Part shown: positions 21,175 to 31,878 of the stretch, piece after piece
Layout: every line of letters starts with the position of its first letter
Position numbering within the stretch: position 1 is the stretch's first letter
Assembly: GCA_963717465.1 (NCBI GenBank)
Contig: OY970340.1
Coordinates: 2,208,001-2,272,000, forward strand
Length of the DNA stretch: 64,000 nt
Reading direction: 5' to 3'
DNA from: Candidatus Bathyarchaeota archaeon
Lineage (GTDB): Archaea; Thermoproteota; Bathyarchaeia; Bathyarchaeales; Bathycorpusculaceae
Program-made: the position numbers and the translations under genes
Notes under the pieces: model-generated
Database searches by the model: none
Told to the model about the DNA's origin: nothing
What the model saw: the letters and a program-made list of their open reading frames with translations, nothing else

Positions 21175-21843
21175 CTAAGTTATAGTTAGTGTTATATCTA
21201 AATCTCCACTATTAAAGCTGCCACTGCCACTTGTTTGTATTTGTTCTAAAGTTTGGAAAGGTACATTTATGACGAATGGAGATGTGCCTGTAACCGGCGA
21301 AGAGGGGTTTGCAACGTTTACGCCTGTGATTATAATTGCGCTGTCATTTACAAAAATCTGAATAGATCCATTACAATACCCATATCCAAAAGCGCTTGCG
21401 TCTCCGCAGTTATAGGAAAAGAATGTGCCATTGTAAAATGTTATCGACCAAATTGGCTGTTGAATAGCTAAATTAGTATCATTATATGCCTCAATATTTA
21501 ATCCGTCGTATCCATCAGCCATGGTATTATTCAAGGTAAGTAAATAGGAAGATGAAGCAGTCTCATTCCAAAAGTCTGTATCGCCACTAGCCATTGTTGA
21601 CCAATCAACTATGTGTGTGGAACTATTTGATGGTGTTGTAGTTGAGGTTGGCGTCGCTGTTGGTATAGGGCTAGCGGTAGGGGATGCAGTAGGTGTAGTT
21701 TCAGGTGACTGATTAGATGATGAAGATGTTTGGAGAGCAATAAATACTGCAACCACACTTCCCACAATAAGAATTATGACTAATACGACAACAAGTATTC
21801 TTTTTGGCCCTAATTTTGAAGTCAAATGCATTTGTATTTTCAC
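21175..21843 (-). CDS. Membrane-anchored surface protein (N-terminal TM, Pro/Thr linker, small beta domain)
   Basis: ILVVVLVIILIVGSVVAVFIAL helix followed by PTASPTASPIPTATPT. ATG 21831 is an alternative start. Confidence 0.7.
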   Translation of the reverse strand: MKIQMHLTSKLGPKRILVVVLVIILIVGSVVAVFIALQTSSSSNQSPETTPTASPTASPIPTATPTSTTTPSNSSTHIVDWSTMASGDTDFWNETASSSYLLTLNNTMADGYDGLNIEAYNDTNLAIQQPIWSITFYNGTFFSYNCGDASAFGYGYCNGSIQIFVNDSAIIITGVNVANPSSPVTGTSPFVINVPFQTLEQIQTSGSGSFNSGDLDITLTIT

Positions 21844-22025
21844 GTCTTTAAGTTTTTTAAAATCTATCTTTCTTGTTTATTAGTTTTTACGAATTTCTAC
21901 TCAATATTAGAAAGATACGTTCCCTTAGAAAATGCATTGACTATTCTGCTGCTACTAAATGTTAAGCCAATAAAATTACTTAGTTTATATTGACTCTTAA
22001 AGAATTTAATCATGGAGACGCTTAA

Positions 22026-23645
22026 TTGAAGCTGTGGAAACTCGGAAAAAAGGAGCAAGCGCTACAAACTCAGAATGAGACTCCAATTTTAAATGGGAAT
22101 AACCAGCTGCAAACCTTGGAGATGCCAAAAGAAACAAAGACTTCGGATGTTCCTGAAACTTACAAAGAGCATTATCCTCTTTTGCTTCCTTTTTCTTATG
22201 CAGCAATTGTTGAAGACGAAAAAAACGAACTAAAATATTCTCTTCTAGAGCCAACATTAACAGAATTAGATAAACAATTGTTAGATGAGCTAAAAAATAT
22301 TCTTTGGGATGAACTTTCAATTAATATAAAAAGTTTAAAAGATCCGCAATGCAGCCGAAGAATTCTTAAAATATAAAATTTTGGAAACAGCAGTAAAATA
22401 TCGACATAAATGTTGACGGCAAAACACTTGGCAAATATCAGTATTACATTACCCGAGACTTCTTAGGTTTTGGAAAAATAGATGGAATAATGAGAGACGA
22501 AAACATTGAAGACGTCTCATGCGATGGTATTAACTCACCAGTGTTTGTTTGGCACCGCAAATATGAATCCATACCATCAAACATAGTATTTGAAACACCT
22601 CAAGAACTAGAAAACTTTGTCTTCAAACTTGCTTATCTTTGCGGCAGGCACATCTCCATCGCACAGCCAATCCTTGATGGAACATTAAATGATGGCAGCC
22701 GAGCCCAAGTAACATATGGAACAGAAGTAACACCTAAAGGCAGCACATTCACAATAAGAAAATTCAAGAAAACCCCTCTCACAATCACCGACTTAATAAT
22801 ATACAAGGCATTATCACCTGAAATCGCAGCTTATTACTGGTTCATTAATAGAAAACAGACACTCAGTCATGATTGGCGGCGACATCGGCGGAGGAAAAAC
22901 CTCAATGCTCAACGCCATCAGCCTTTTCATTAGACCAACACTAAAAATAGTAAGCATCGAAGACACACAAGAAATACGTTTACCTCATCAAAACTGGGAA
23001 ATGATGGTTACAAGACAAGGCTTAGGCACAGGCGCAGGAGCAGTAGGTGAAGCCGGAATCGGCAGCATCAGCATGTTCGACCTACTTACGAGCGGCACTA
23101 AGACAAAGACCAGACTTCATCATTGTAGGCGAAATCCGAGGCGAAGAAGCTTACGCGTTATTCCAAGCCATGGCAACAGGACACTTAGGATTAACAACCA
23201 TACACGCTGAACATGTACAAGGAGTCCTGCACCGACTAACAACAAAACCAATGAACATTCCACAAACTCAAGTGAAAACTTAAATGCAATCTCAATCGTC
23301 CGCAGACTAGTCGTAAACAACGTTTCCTTAAGACGAACCATAAGCGTCTCAGAAATGGTTGGTTGGGACAAAGAAAAAGATGACTTTCAAAATTCAAGAC
23401 ATATTCAAATGGGACGCAGAAAAAGACATTTACGTAAAAATAGGCAGAAGCCCACTGTTAGATAGAATAGCAGCTCAATGGGGATACTCACCAGAAGAAA
23501 TAGATCGAAGAACTAAAAATGAGACAAACAATTCTCGAATACATGGTTAGAAAACACATACGCTCATACGAAGACGTTTCCAAATTAGTGTTAGACTACT
23601 TCTCAAGACCCAGAACAAATATACAGAAAAGCAAAAGTGAGTTAA
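22026..23645 (+). CDS. Type IV pilus assembly ATPase (PilB/FlaI/TadA-like), about 8 frame breaks in this sequence
   Basis: Fragments give [16 protein letters not shown], Walker [19 protein letters not shown], Walker [17 protein letters not shown] and MATGH..TTIHA. Confidence 0.88.
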
Positions 23646-23647
23646 GA

Positions 23648-24538
23648 ATGAAGTTCGAACCCTGGACCACAGCATACCAATCTACTTAACAAGAAACTAG
23701 AAAAAGTATATCCGCAATTTCAAGAGCTCCATATTCAACTCAAAAAAGGCGGCGTACTGATAGCATTCAAGGCATACGTTGCCTTCATGGTACTAATTTC
23801 AATAATTGCTTTTGCAGTTGCAATTCCCAGTATCATTTATCATTATTGCCGCTTTTAATCGGTATTCCATTCTTGTCAGTAATGAATTTCTGCATTTAGC
23901 TTAGTTAGCTGCAGTCGTCAGCAGCATTAGTAACATTAATGGTAATGTACATTTATCCTGGAATGAAAGCAAGCAACAGAAACGGACCAATAGACAGAAA
24001 TTTGCCCTACATAGCCAACTTTCTAACTCTTCTTTCAAGCTCAAATGTTCCACCCAGCGTTATTTTCGAATCAATGGCAAAAATTGATACTCTCAAAGAA
24101 GTACGCTTGGAATTCAGCAACATTATAAGAGACATAGGAATCTTTGGCAATGATCTTATGACTTCAATTGTAGAAAATGCCAAACTAACACCCAATGATC
24201 AACTTCGGCGAAATACTTGAAGGTTACGTAGCAACAGTAAGAACGGGCGGAAACCCAACAGAATACCTAAAAATTACAACAGAAACAATAACAAAAGAAC
24301 GAATGGGCAAACTAGACGTGATGCTAGAATCACTTTCAGCAATGGCGGAAATATACATCATGATGCTAGTCGCTGCTCCATTGCTTTTCGTAGTTCTTTT
24401 TGTAACACTTAGGCATGATAGGCAGCGGCACAATTGGCAGGCATGAGCATGGCAACGCTTCTTTACTTGATGACTTACCTTGGAATCCCAATAATGGGTG
24501 CAATAATGATGGTTATAATGTCAACATTCGAAAAGTGA
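23648..24538 (+). CDS. T2SS-F/TadC/FlaJ-like membrane platform protein 1, frameshifted
   Basis: ATG 2 nt after the ATPase stop. IDRNLPYIANFL, EFSNIIRDI..FGNDL, TP...L.EILEG...TGG and LESLSAMAEIY motifs plus TM segments. Confidence 0.82.
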
Positions 24539-24544
24539 GCGCTA

Positions 24545-25384
24545 ATGAAAATAACCAAAAAAACAATAAAACGAATAACAATAATTTCTGCATCAGCAGC
24601 AGTCATTTTCTTCGTTGTTGCATCTATTTTTCTATCTTACTGTCTCCAACATTGGATTATATGATTGTAATCGCCATTAGCAATAGGTGTGGTTCCTCCA
24701 AGCATAGACAAGATAATACATAATCAGATGGAAAATCAAAATTGAAAAAGCAACTCCTGAATTCTTAAGAGACTTAGCAACTGCATCAAGAACAGGAATA
24801 CCACTTGCAAGTAGCCTTAGAACATGCTTCCAAACGAACTGTATGGTCCATTAACAGATGAACTAAAAATATTAGTTGCACACATGAGTTGGGGCATGAA
24901 TTTTAACGAAGCCCTAACAGAATTTAGCTGATAGACTAGATTTACCTTTAATCAAAAAAGCAACAGTTCTAATAAATGAAGCAGGAAAACATGGAGGAGA
25001 CCTTTACAGACATCTTTGACTCAACAGCAAAATACCTTGAAAACATGAATGCGTGGAGCGAAAAAAGAAGACATGCAAACAATTCCATACGTGCTAATAT
25101 TCTACTTCTCAGTATTCATGTTTCTTATTCATAATTATCATTATTTCAAACATGATGTTCGCTCCTCTTAGCCACACAGCAGCAGGCGCAACCTCTTTCA
25201 TAAAGCCAATACTAACAGCAGACTCAATCAAGACGATTATTTCTCCATGCAGCACTACTAGAATCATTATTCGGAGGATTAATTGCAGGAAAAATAAATG
25301 AAGATTCATTTGCTAGACGGATTAAAACACGTAGCAGTTTTAGCAATTGCTTCAGGAATAGCATTCTATTTGTTCCTCCATTAA
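24545..25384 (+). CDS. T2SS-F/TadC/FlaJ-like membrane platform protein 2, frameshifted
   Basis: Manual translation gives IEKATPEFLRDLATASRTGIP, YGPLTDELK...MSWG and EAGKHGGD, with C-terminal TMs (FGGLIAGKI..., GLKHVAVL). Confidence 0.78.
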
Positions 25385-25437
25385 ACAAAAATATAGGACT
25401 AATGTAAAAGCAGTAAAAAGATAGGAAGTCGCGAAAA

Positions 25438-26633
25438 ATGAAGAAAAATCAACGCCAACTTTAAACAGAAACAACAAAGATCAACAAAGCGAGTCAAACT
25501 TCAATCAAAGACAGAAGCATCAAACCTATAGATTTGAATGACAAATATAGAACTTGAGAGAAGAGAAGCATACATTGAACCCGAAAACACGCGAACCTTC
25601 TAAGAGAACTTACTTCAAGGTGAAGAAAAAGATGAAATAATTCCTATTTACACTCCAGGCATTAGGATTTATTTACCAAATAACTAGAAAAGAATCCTAA
25701 TCAAGCTGAAACTGGTCGATATTTCAAAAGAATTCTTAGAAAATCTTGCAAGACTAGATATACTTCACAAAAGATTTTTTGATTCAGTATCAGTTTGTCC
25801 CAGATTGCCAATCAACAATCATGACACTGCATAATCGATGCCCAAAATGCAAAAGCCACAACGTTGATAAAACAAGCTTAACTGAACATATTCCATGCGG
25901 ATTCATCGACCAAAGAAACAAATACATTGGAAATCATTTGCCCAAAATGCGGAGAGCAACTCGATTGAAGGGCAATATAGAAACATGGGTCGCTGGTACA
26001 TATGCCAAGAATGCAGCGAAAGATTCGAAAATCCAGAATTTGACTTATCTGTCGAAACTGCAACAAAAACTTTTGCATATAAAAGAAGCCCAACTAACAG
26101 AAATACCACAAATTTTCACTAAATCTAAAATAGAAAGAAAGAGATAAGGCAGAACGTTGCAAGTCTTAGAAAGCTTTAGAGCAACTTTTGATTGATCTGG
26201 GCTTTAATGTTGAAATTCCTGGAATTGCAGTAGGACAAAAAAGTGGAATGCAACATCATTTCAGTCTTATAGCAAAAAAACAAATCAACAGATCAAGAAA
26301 TGATTATAGCTCTTGATCATGCTAGTAAGCGAACCTGAAGTTTCATCTTCACCGCTAATACTTTATATCTACAAAACTTCCGAAGTAAAAGTTGATATTC
26401 CGATATTTGTTGCGATGCCACAAATAAATGAAACAGCAAAAAAAATAGCTCAAGGACATGACATTCTTCTAATCGAAGGATCAATTTACAAGAAAGAAGA
26501 AATAGAAAGAATAAAGAATGAAATTGAATACAGATTGAATATAAAATCAGTAGAATCACAAGAAGATAAAGCAAAAATCCAGAAATCCTCATTAGCCGAT
26601 AAAATTGGAAAATCATTCAAATTTAAAAAATAA
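25438..26633 (+). CDS. TackOD1-like multi-zinc-ribbon protein with C-terminal nuclease-like alpha/beta domain, frameshifted
   Basis: Joined fragments read CPDCQS..CPKCKS....EHIPCG..CPKCG..YICQECSERF..CRNC, then GFNVEIPG...GQKSGMQHHFSLIA. Confidence 0.65.
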
Positions 26634-26840
26634 TGGATATTAGACAAATTCACCTGTTCAAAAAAAAAACTATTAAAAACTAAAACCAATTTTCTCGTTT
26701 TAGTGAAGATGCTTTTTCATTTCTTGATATCACGAATTGAAGGATAATTCAAATAGTTAAAATCAAAGCGCTCTTCAAAAAACTGTTAAATCTAAATAAC
26801 AGAATACATTGAAAATGCTTTATAAGGAATATTAAATTCT

Positions 26841-27377
26841 TTACAAATTTGTTTCTGTAAGTACCTCGTTTGTTCGGCTGTTTCCTTGATTTTTCGTTTC
26901 GCCTTCTTCGTATTCTTTACGCGCCATCTTTAGATACTCTACAAAAGATAATTCCATGTCAATCCATTTACTTAGCGAGCAATCAGAATCGATACCTTCA
27001 CAATTGGACTTAATTTTAGAATCCAAATTTTTTATAAATTTTATTTCAAGACGAGAAGCACCTAGCCTAAAAATTTTGTGCATTATATCTGAAAATTCAT
27101 CAATTCTCGTTGGAATTTCATTTTTTGAAATACCAAAATCTCTTTCTAAATGCTCATATATTGTGTTTTTAACGGCTTCCCCTAGAGTCGATAAGGCTTC
27201 ATCAATTGCTTCGACTAAAAAACGATCAAATTGTGCTTGTCTGAGGCTTTGAGCTTGTTCTGTGCCGCTTTCTTCATTCTTTGCAAACTTCGAGAAAGGT
27301 TCTTTGTTTTCGTTAAAATCATTTAAATTAACATAAACGCTTGCAGTTTCTTTTTTCTCTTGAAGCTCATTAACCAT
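26841..27377 (-). CDS. NitrOD5/DUF3227-like domain protein
   Basis: EAIDEALSTLGEAVKNTIYEHLERDFGISKNEIP..IDEF....KIF..GA..LE pattern. Confidence 0.65.
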   Translation of the reverse strand: MVNELQEKKETASVYVNLNDFNENKEPFSKFAKNEESGTEQAQSLRQAQFDRFLVEAIDEALSTLGEAVKNTIYEHLERDFGISKNEIPTRIDEFSDIMHKIFRLGASRLEIKFIKNLDSKIKSNCEGIDSDCSLSKWIDMELSFVEYLKMARKEYEEGETKNQGNSRTNEVLTETNL

Positions 27378-27996
27378 TTTTTGGCCTCATATATGTTTTT
27401 TAACTATAATTTCAAATTATAATCTTATTATCGTGAAATACGGTTTTTTGATTTACATTTTAAATACAGGTTTAAAGCGCAGGCCAGCCCGAATGTATCA
27501 TAACACAATCTTATATATAAAGATATAATATACAAAGATATAATATACTCAAAAACTCGAAACTCAACCCCAACAAGAAAAGACGAAGAGGCACAACATC
27601 AGCCGTTAATGAATAAGGCAGCTTCCTAAAAATACAGATTTTAGACTGCATGAAGCTAAAACTCAATTAAGCCTTCTACGCCTTGTCTTATTCAATGGTT
27701 CAGTAACATACCGAATCAAAGCGTTTAGAGTTAAACCGAAAAATAAAAGAATTTTCATGAAAACTAAATCGAACCAATGCTTGATTCTTTTGCTCCGAAC
27801 TCAATCGAAAGCTCAGATACCGAATTATTACATTATTGGATATGTTTTGGGTTTGGTAATTTTGCTTATTAAGAAATGTGTATTAACCTTCAAGAAAGGC
27901 GATACACGAATGAATCCGATTAATCTAAAAATTTGTGGAAAATCTTGCAGTTTTTCAATTAAAAACCATTTGAAAAACCAAAGCAAGAGTGAAAAT

Positions 27997-29994
27997 ATGA
28001 ATAGAGTAAACATCAAACCGTTCAGCGTGGCTTTAATTGCGGCGGTTGTGGGCATTTTGCTCATTGTGTCCTTAACTGCACCGGCCTTAGCTTGCACTGG
28101 TCATGATCCAAAAGTTTCCGTGAACCCAGGTTCATGTGTTATGGATGTTGGTCAATCGCAAACTTTTACTGCAAACGCATCTGGCGGCTCAGGTATCTAT
28201 AAGACATATCAATGGTATGTTGGATCTTCTGAAGTTCAATGCGGAGCTGCAAACTCTTACAATTATACAGCTTTGGCTGCTGGCTCTTACTCAATTACTG
28301 TGAAAGTCACCGACAGTTGGGGTGAGACATCAAATCTTGCCGCACCAGCAGTGGTCACAGTTGATTCTGCCCTTTCAATTGCGGTTCAACCCGCTTCTAC
28401 CACGAGTGATGCAGGTCAGCAAGTATCATTGTCGTCCACAGTTGTTGGAGGCGCAGGATCATTCTCATGGCAATGGTATGATGAGAACGGTGCAATTTCA
28501 GGTGCTTCAGGAGCAGGAACAATTGCCACTTGTGCCTTTTCAAGTTCAGATGCTGGGATCTACGTGACATTTACTGATGTGGGAACAGGTTCCGCGACTC
28601 CAGAGCTGACAGCTACTTCTAACGTAGTATCAGTGACAGTAAATGATTTACCAACCGTAAGCATTGATGTTGGTCAAACTTTAGACGTCGGACAAAGCCA
28701 GACCTTCACCGCAACCGTAACTGGCGGAACAGGCCCATTCAACTACCAATGGTACCTCAACGGCAACCCAGTCGAAACAAACAGCCCAACATACACTTAT
28801 ACAGCAGTTGCAGGAGATGAACAATCAGGAGCAAGCATCTACGTCAACATAACCGACAGCTTCCAAAACAACGCCACATCAAACACAACAACAGTCACAG
28901 TAAACCCCCTACCGACTGTAAGCATCAACATTGGCCAAAGTAGTCAAACCTTGGATATTGGTCAAAACCAGACCTTCACCGCAACCGTAACTGGCGGAAC
29001 AGGCCCATTCAACTACCAATGGTACCTCAACGGCAACCCAGTCGAAACAAACAGCCCAACATACACTTATACAGCAGTTGCAGGAGATGAACAATCAGGA
29101 GCAAGCATCTACGTCAACATAACCGACAGCTTCCAAAACAACGCCACATCAAACACAACAACAGTCACAGTAAACCCCCTACCGACTGTAAGCATCAACA
29201 TTGGCCAAAGTAGTCAAACCTTGGATATTGGTCAAAACCAGACCTTCACCGCAACCGTAACTGGCGGAACAGGCCCATTCAACTACCAATGGTACCTCAA
29301 CGGCAACCCAGTCGAAACAAACAGCCCAACATACACTTATACAGCAGTTGCAGGAGATGAACAATCAGGAGCAAGCATCTACGTCAACATAACCGACAGC
29401 TTCCAAAACAACGCCACATCAAACACAACAACAGTCACAGTCAATGCTGTTACTCAATCTCAAACAGGAACTGGCTCTACCTCAACAGGAACTGGCTCTA
29501 CCTCAACAGGAACTGGCTCTACCTCAACAGGAACTGGCTCTACCTCAACAGGAACTGGCTCTACCTCAACAGGAACTGGCTCTACCTCAACAGGAACTGG
29601 CTCTACCTCAACAGGAACTGGCTCTACCTCACAAACGCCTTCAACAAGCTTATTCACGGTAGGATTGCTGGCACTGATAATATTCTTAATAGCCTTATTA
29701 GCAGCTTTATTGTTGACTCGGCGCAGAAAAAACAAGAAAAACAATGTATCTTCAACTGCACCATCAGAACAAACAATTGAAAAAATCAATGAAGGCAATG
29801 CAGGTTCAAATGTGCCTTTAGAACAAACAATTGAAAAAATCAATGAAGGCAATGCAGGTTCAAATGTGCCTTTAGAACAAACAATTGAAAAAATCAATGA
29901 AGGCAATGCAGGTTCAAATGTGCCTTTAGAACAAACAATTGAAAAAATCAATGAAGACTCGAATCCAAGTCCAGAAAAAAATAATCTTCCTTAA
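27997..29994 (+). CDS. Surface protein with PKD/Ig-like repeats, Ser/Thr/Gly linker, TM anchor and repetitive cytoplasmic tail
   Basis: Signal peptide after ATG 27997 (the ORF is open from 27757). LDxGQ.QTFTA.V.GG...YQWY repeats, then TM plus RRRKNKK. Confidence 0.82.
   Translation: MNRVNIKPFSVALIAAVVGILLIVSLTAPALACTGHDPKVSVNPGSCVMDVGQSQTFTANASGGSGIYKTYQWYVGSSEVQCGAANSYNYTALAAGSYSITVKVTDSWGETSNLAAPAVVTVDSALSIAVQPASTTSDAGQQVSLSSTVVGGAGSFSWQWYDENGAISGASGAGTIATCAFSSSDAGIYVTFTDVGTGSATPELTATSNVVSVTVNDLPTVSIDVGQTLDVGQSQTFTATVTGGTGPFNYQWYLNGNPVETNSPTYTYTAVAGDEQSGASIYVNITDSFQNNATSNTTTVTVNPLPTVSINIGQSSQTLDIGQNQTFTATVTGGTGPFNYQWYLNGNPVETNSPTYTYTAVAGDEQSGASIYVNITDSFQNNATSNTTTVTVNPLPTVSINIGQSSQTLDIGQNQTFTATVTGGTGPFNYQWYLNGNPVETNSPTYTYTAVAGDEQSGASIYVNITDSFQNNATSNTTTVTVNAVTQSQTGTGSTSTGTGSTSTGTGSTSTGTGSTSTGTGSTSTGTGSTSTGTGSTSTGTGSTSQTPSTSLFTVGLLALIIFLIALLAALLLTRRRKNKKNNVSSTAPSEQTIEKINEGNAGSNVPLEQTIEKINEGNAGSNVPLEQTIEKINEGNAGSNVPLEQTIEKINEDSNPSPEKNNLP
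28698..29441 (+). repeat. 270-bp in-frame tandem repeat, about 2.8 identical copies
   Basis: Units start at 28698, 28968 and 29238. Confidence 0.95.
29464..29631 (+). repeat. 21-bp tandem repeat x8 (ACAGGAACTGGCTCTACCTCA; TGTGSTS)
   Basis: Perfect head-to-tail copies with no spacers. Confidence 0.95.
29766..29956 (+). repeat. 54-bp tandem repeat x3.5 (EQTIEKINEGNAGSNVPL)
   Basis: Perfect copies located after the TM helix. Confidence 0.95.
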
Positions 29995-30101
29995 TTTTTT
30001 TATATTTTTTAAACTTAGCAGGCAAAGATCTTTCTTAAACATGAATTAACTTGAAACATTAATTTAGAGATAAAGCTAATGCCCTTTTGCTTTTTAACAA
30101 T

Positions 30102-30341
30102 TTAGACATAGCTGAGAATAAAGCGCCCAAACATAAATGCGAAATAAGCTACGCCGACACCAGTTAAAGCGAGTTCGGACGATAGAATTAAGGGATTCTG
30201 TTCTATCCCTCTGAAATAACCGAATCTTAATATGTCCGTAAAAACTGTTCCTTGCAGAAAAAGGGCTCCTCCAATACTGCTCAAGCCAAGACTATGGAGT
30301 ATAGTGCTCATTTTTTTATTGATCTTGGGCAAGTTTGCCAT
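30102..30341 (-). CDS. Small two-TM membrane protein
   Basis: 79 aa, two hydrophobic segments, AAGGT upstream of the ATG. Confidence 0.6.
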   Translation of the reverse strand: MANLPKINKKMSTILHSLGLSSIGGALFLQGTVFTDILRFGYFRGIEQNPLILSSELALTGVGVAYFAFMFGRFILSYV

Positions 30342-30620
30342 TTTTCTCTACCTTCAACCTGTAGTATATATTATGTTTTACTACGCAATTAAACTCTAAT
30401 TAAGTCTTATGAACTAAGAATATAAAACTGAAATCTTGAGCCGGGGCGAGTTATCCTTTCTTCGCCTTTAATTGTTAAAGCGCATATTTTGCAATTAATC
30501 ATTTTATTTCAAGCTTGCATAGCATCCGCTAGCACTTAAAAACACTGCCGAAAAAAAGAGAGATGAAAGCTTATTCGAAAAACAGAAGACTTGAGTAAAT
30601 TATATCAAGTTGAGGTTGGT

Positions 30621-31574
30621 TTAGCCATCGCTAAGTGAGGTTAACAAATTCTGATTTAGTAATTCTTTAAGGCCTTTCTTTAGTGTGAATTTAGGTTCGA
30701 ATCCTAAAGTTTTTGCTTTATTTATGTTAGCGTAGCTTTGTTTGATGTCTCCTTGTCTTGGCGGTTCTTTAATAATTTCTATTTTAGCATTAGTCAATAA
30801 TAGCATCGTCTTTGCAAGTTCATCGATTGTAACTGCTTTTCCTGTTCCTACGTTGAAGACCTCTTTACTTATGGTTTTATTTTCGAGCGCTATAACAATA
30901 GCGTTCACAACATCTTTTACGTAAACAAAGTCTCTTGTTTGTAATCCATCGCCGTAGATGGTTAAGGGGAGTTTTTGCTTGATTCGATCAATAAATTTGG
31001 TGATAACTCCGCTGTACTCATTTAATCCTTGTTTAGCACCGTAAACGTTAAAAAATCGAAGGACGATTGACTTGATATTGTTGGTTTTTAGGCCTAGAGT
31101 TTCTTTTTCTGCTGAAAGCTTGGATTCCGCGTATGGCGAAATAGGACGGGGCGGGTGCAATTCATCAATGGGTAAGTATATAGGGTCGCCATAAACAGCA
31201 CATGAAGATGCAAATATGAACTTTTGGATTTTATTTCTGACGCTATATTTAAGCAGATTCTTTGTTCCCCCAATATTTACTTCATTATTCAGTTGAGGGT
31301 TTTGAATCGAAAACGGCACACTTATTTGTGCAGCAAGATGAACAACTGCATCGATATTTCTAAGAGATTCATCGACAAGTTTTGAGTCTCTGATATCCCC
31401 TTTGATGAAATTGACTGATCCATTATTAAGAAGTTCTGAGTCAATGTTAGACAGTTTTCCAGTTGAGAGATTATCAATAATTCTTATTGTGTATCCTCGA
31501 GCGGCAAGTTCTTTGACAAGATGACTACCTATAAAGCCTGCGCCACCAGACACCAATATATTTGAAGATTGCAT
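30621..31574 (-). CDS. NAD-dependent nucleotide-sugar epimerase (UDP-glucose/GlcNAc 4-epimerase-like)
   Basis: GGAGFIGSH, HLAA, ASSCAVYG, YAESK, LRFFNVYG and TRDFVYV motifs. Confidence 0.92.
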   Translation of the reverse strand: MQSSNILVSGGAGFIGSHLVKELAARGYTIRIIDNLSTGKLSNIDSELLNNGSVNFIKGDIRDSKLVDESLRNIDAVVHLAAQISVPFSIQNPQLNNEVNIGGTKNLLKYSVRNKIQKFIFASSCAVYGDPIYLPIDELHPPRPISPYAESKLSAEKETLGLKTNNIKSIVLRFFNVYGAKQGLNEYSGVITKFIDRIKQKLPLTIYGDGLQTRDFVYVKDVVNAIVIALENKTISKEVFNVGTGKAVTIDELAKTMLLLTNAKIEIIKEPPRQGDIKQSYANINKAKTLGFEPKFTLKKGLKELLNQNLLTSLSDG

Positions 31575-31878
31575 TTTTTAGTTCTTACCCTTTTTGTGCC
31601 CCGTGATTTTTTAATAGGGATAGATGATTGAAAGATCTCACCAGAACAGGCTTTTCAAGTCTTTCTTATCTGGCTAAGAATTCAAAGACCAATGTTTTGT
31701 AATTAACAGGCATAAGGGGTTCTTATATTTACTCTTTAAGAATTATATGTAATGCACAAAAAAAGCTTAAAAGTCAATCAATCGCTTTGATTTTAAACGC
31801 TATGAGTTATCGTCAATTGGCTACACTGTAATCAATTGCATAGATACTTAATCATTCTAAAAATCAAGGGTTAAAGGG

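Noticed and set aside
14023..25384. Archaellum (fla/arl) operon
   Set aside because: No ArlF/G/H or ArlC/D/E homologs. Two TadC-like genes and SPIFATL-type pilins fit an adhesive type IV pilus.
29444..29951. ORFs QELALPQ(n) and VEPVPVE(n)
   Set aside because: Alternative-frame and antisense shadows of the in-frame tandem repeats.
29464..29956. CRISPR array
   Set aside because: The repeats are head-to-tail with no unique spacers, lie in frame inside a CDS, and no cas genes are present.
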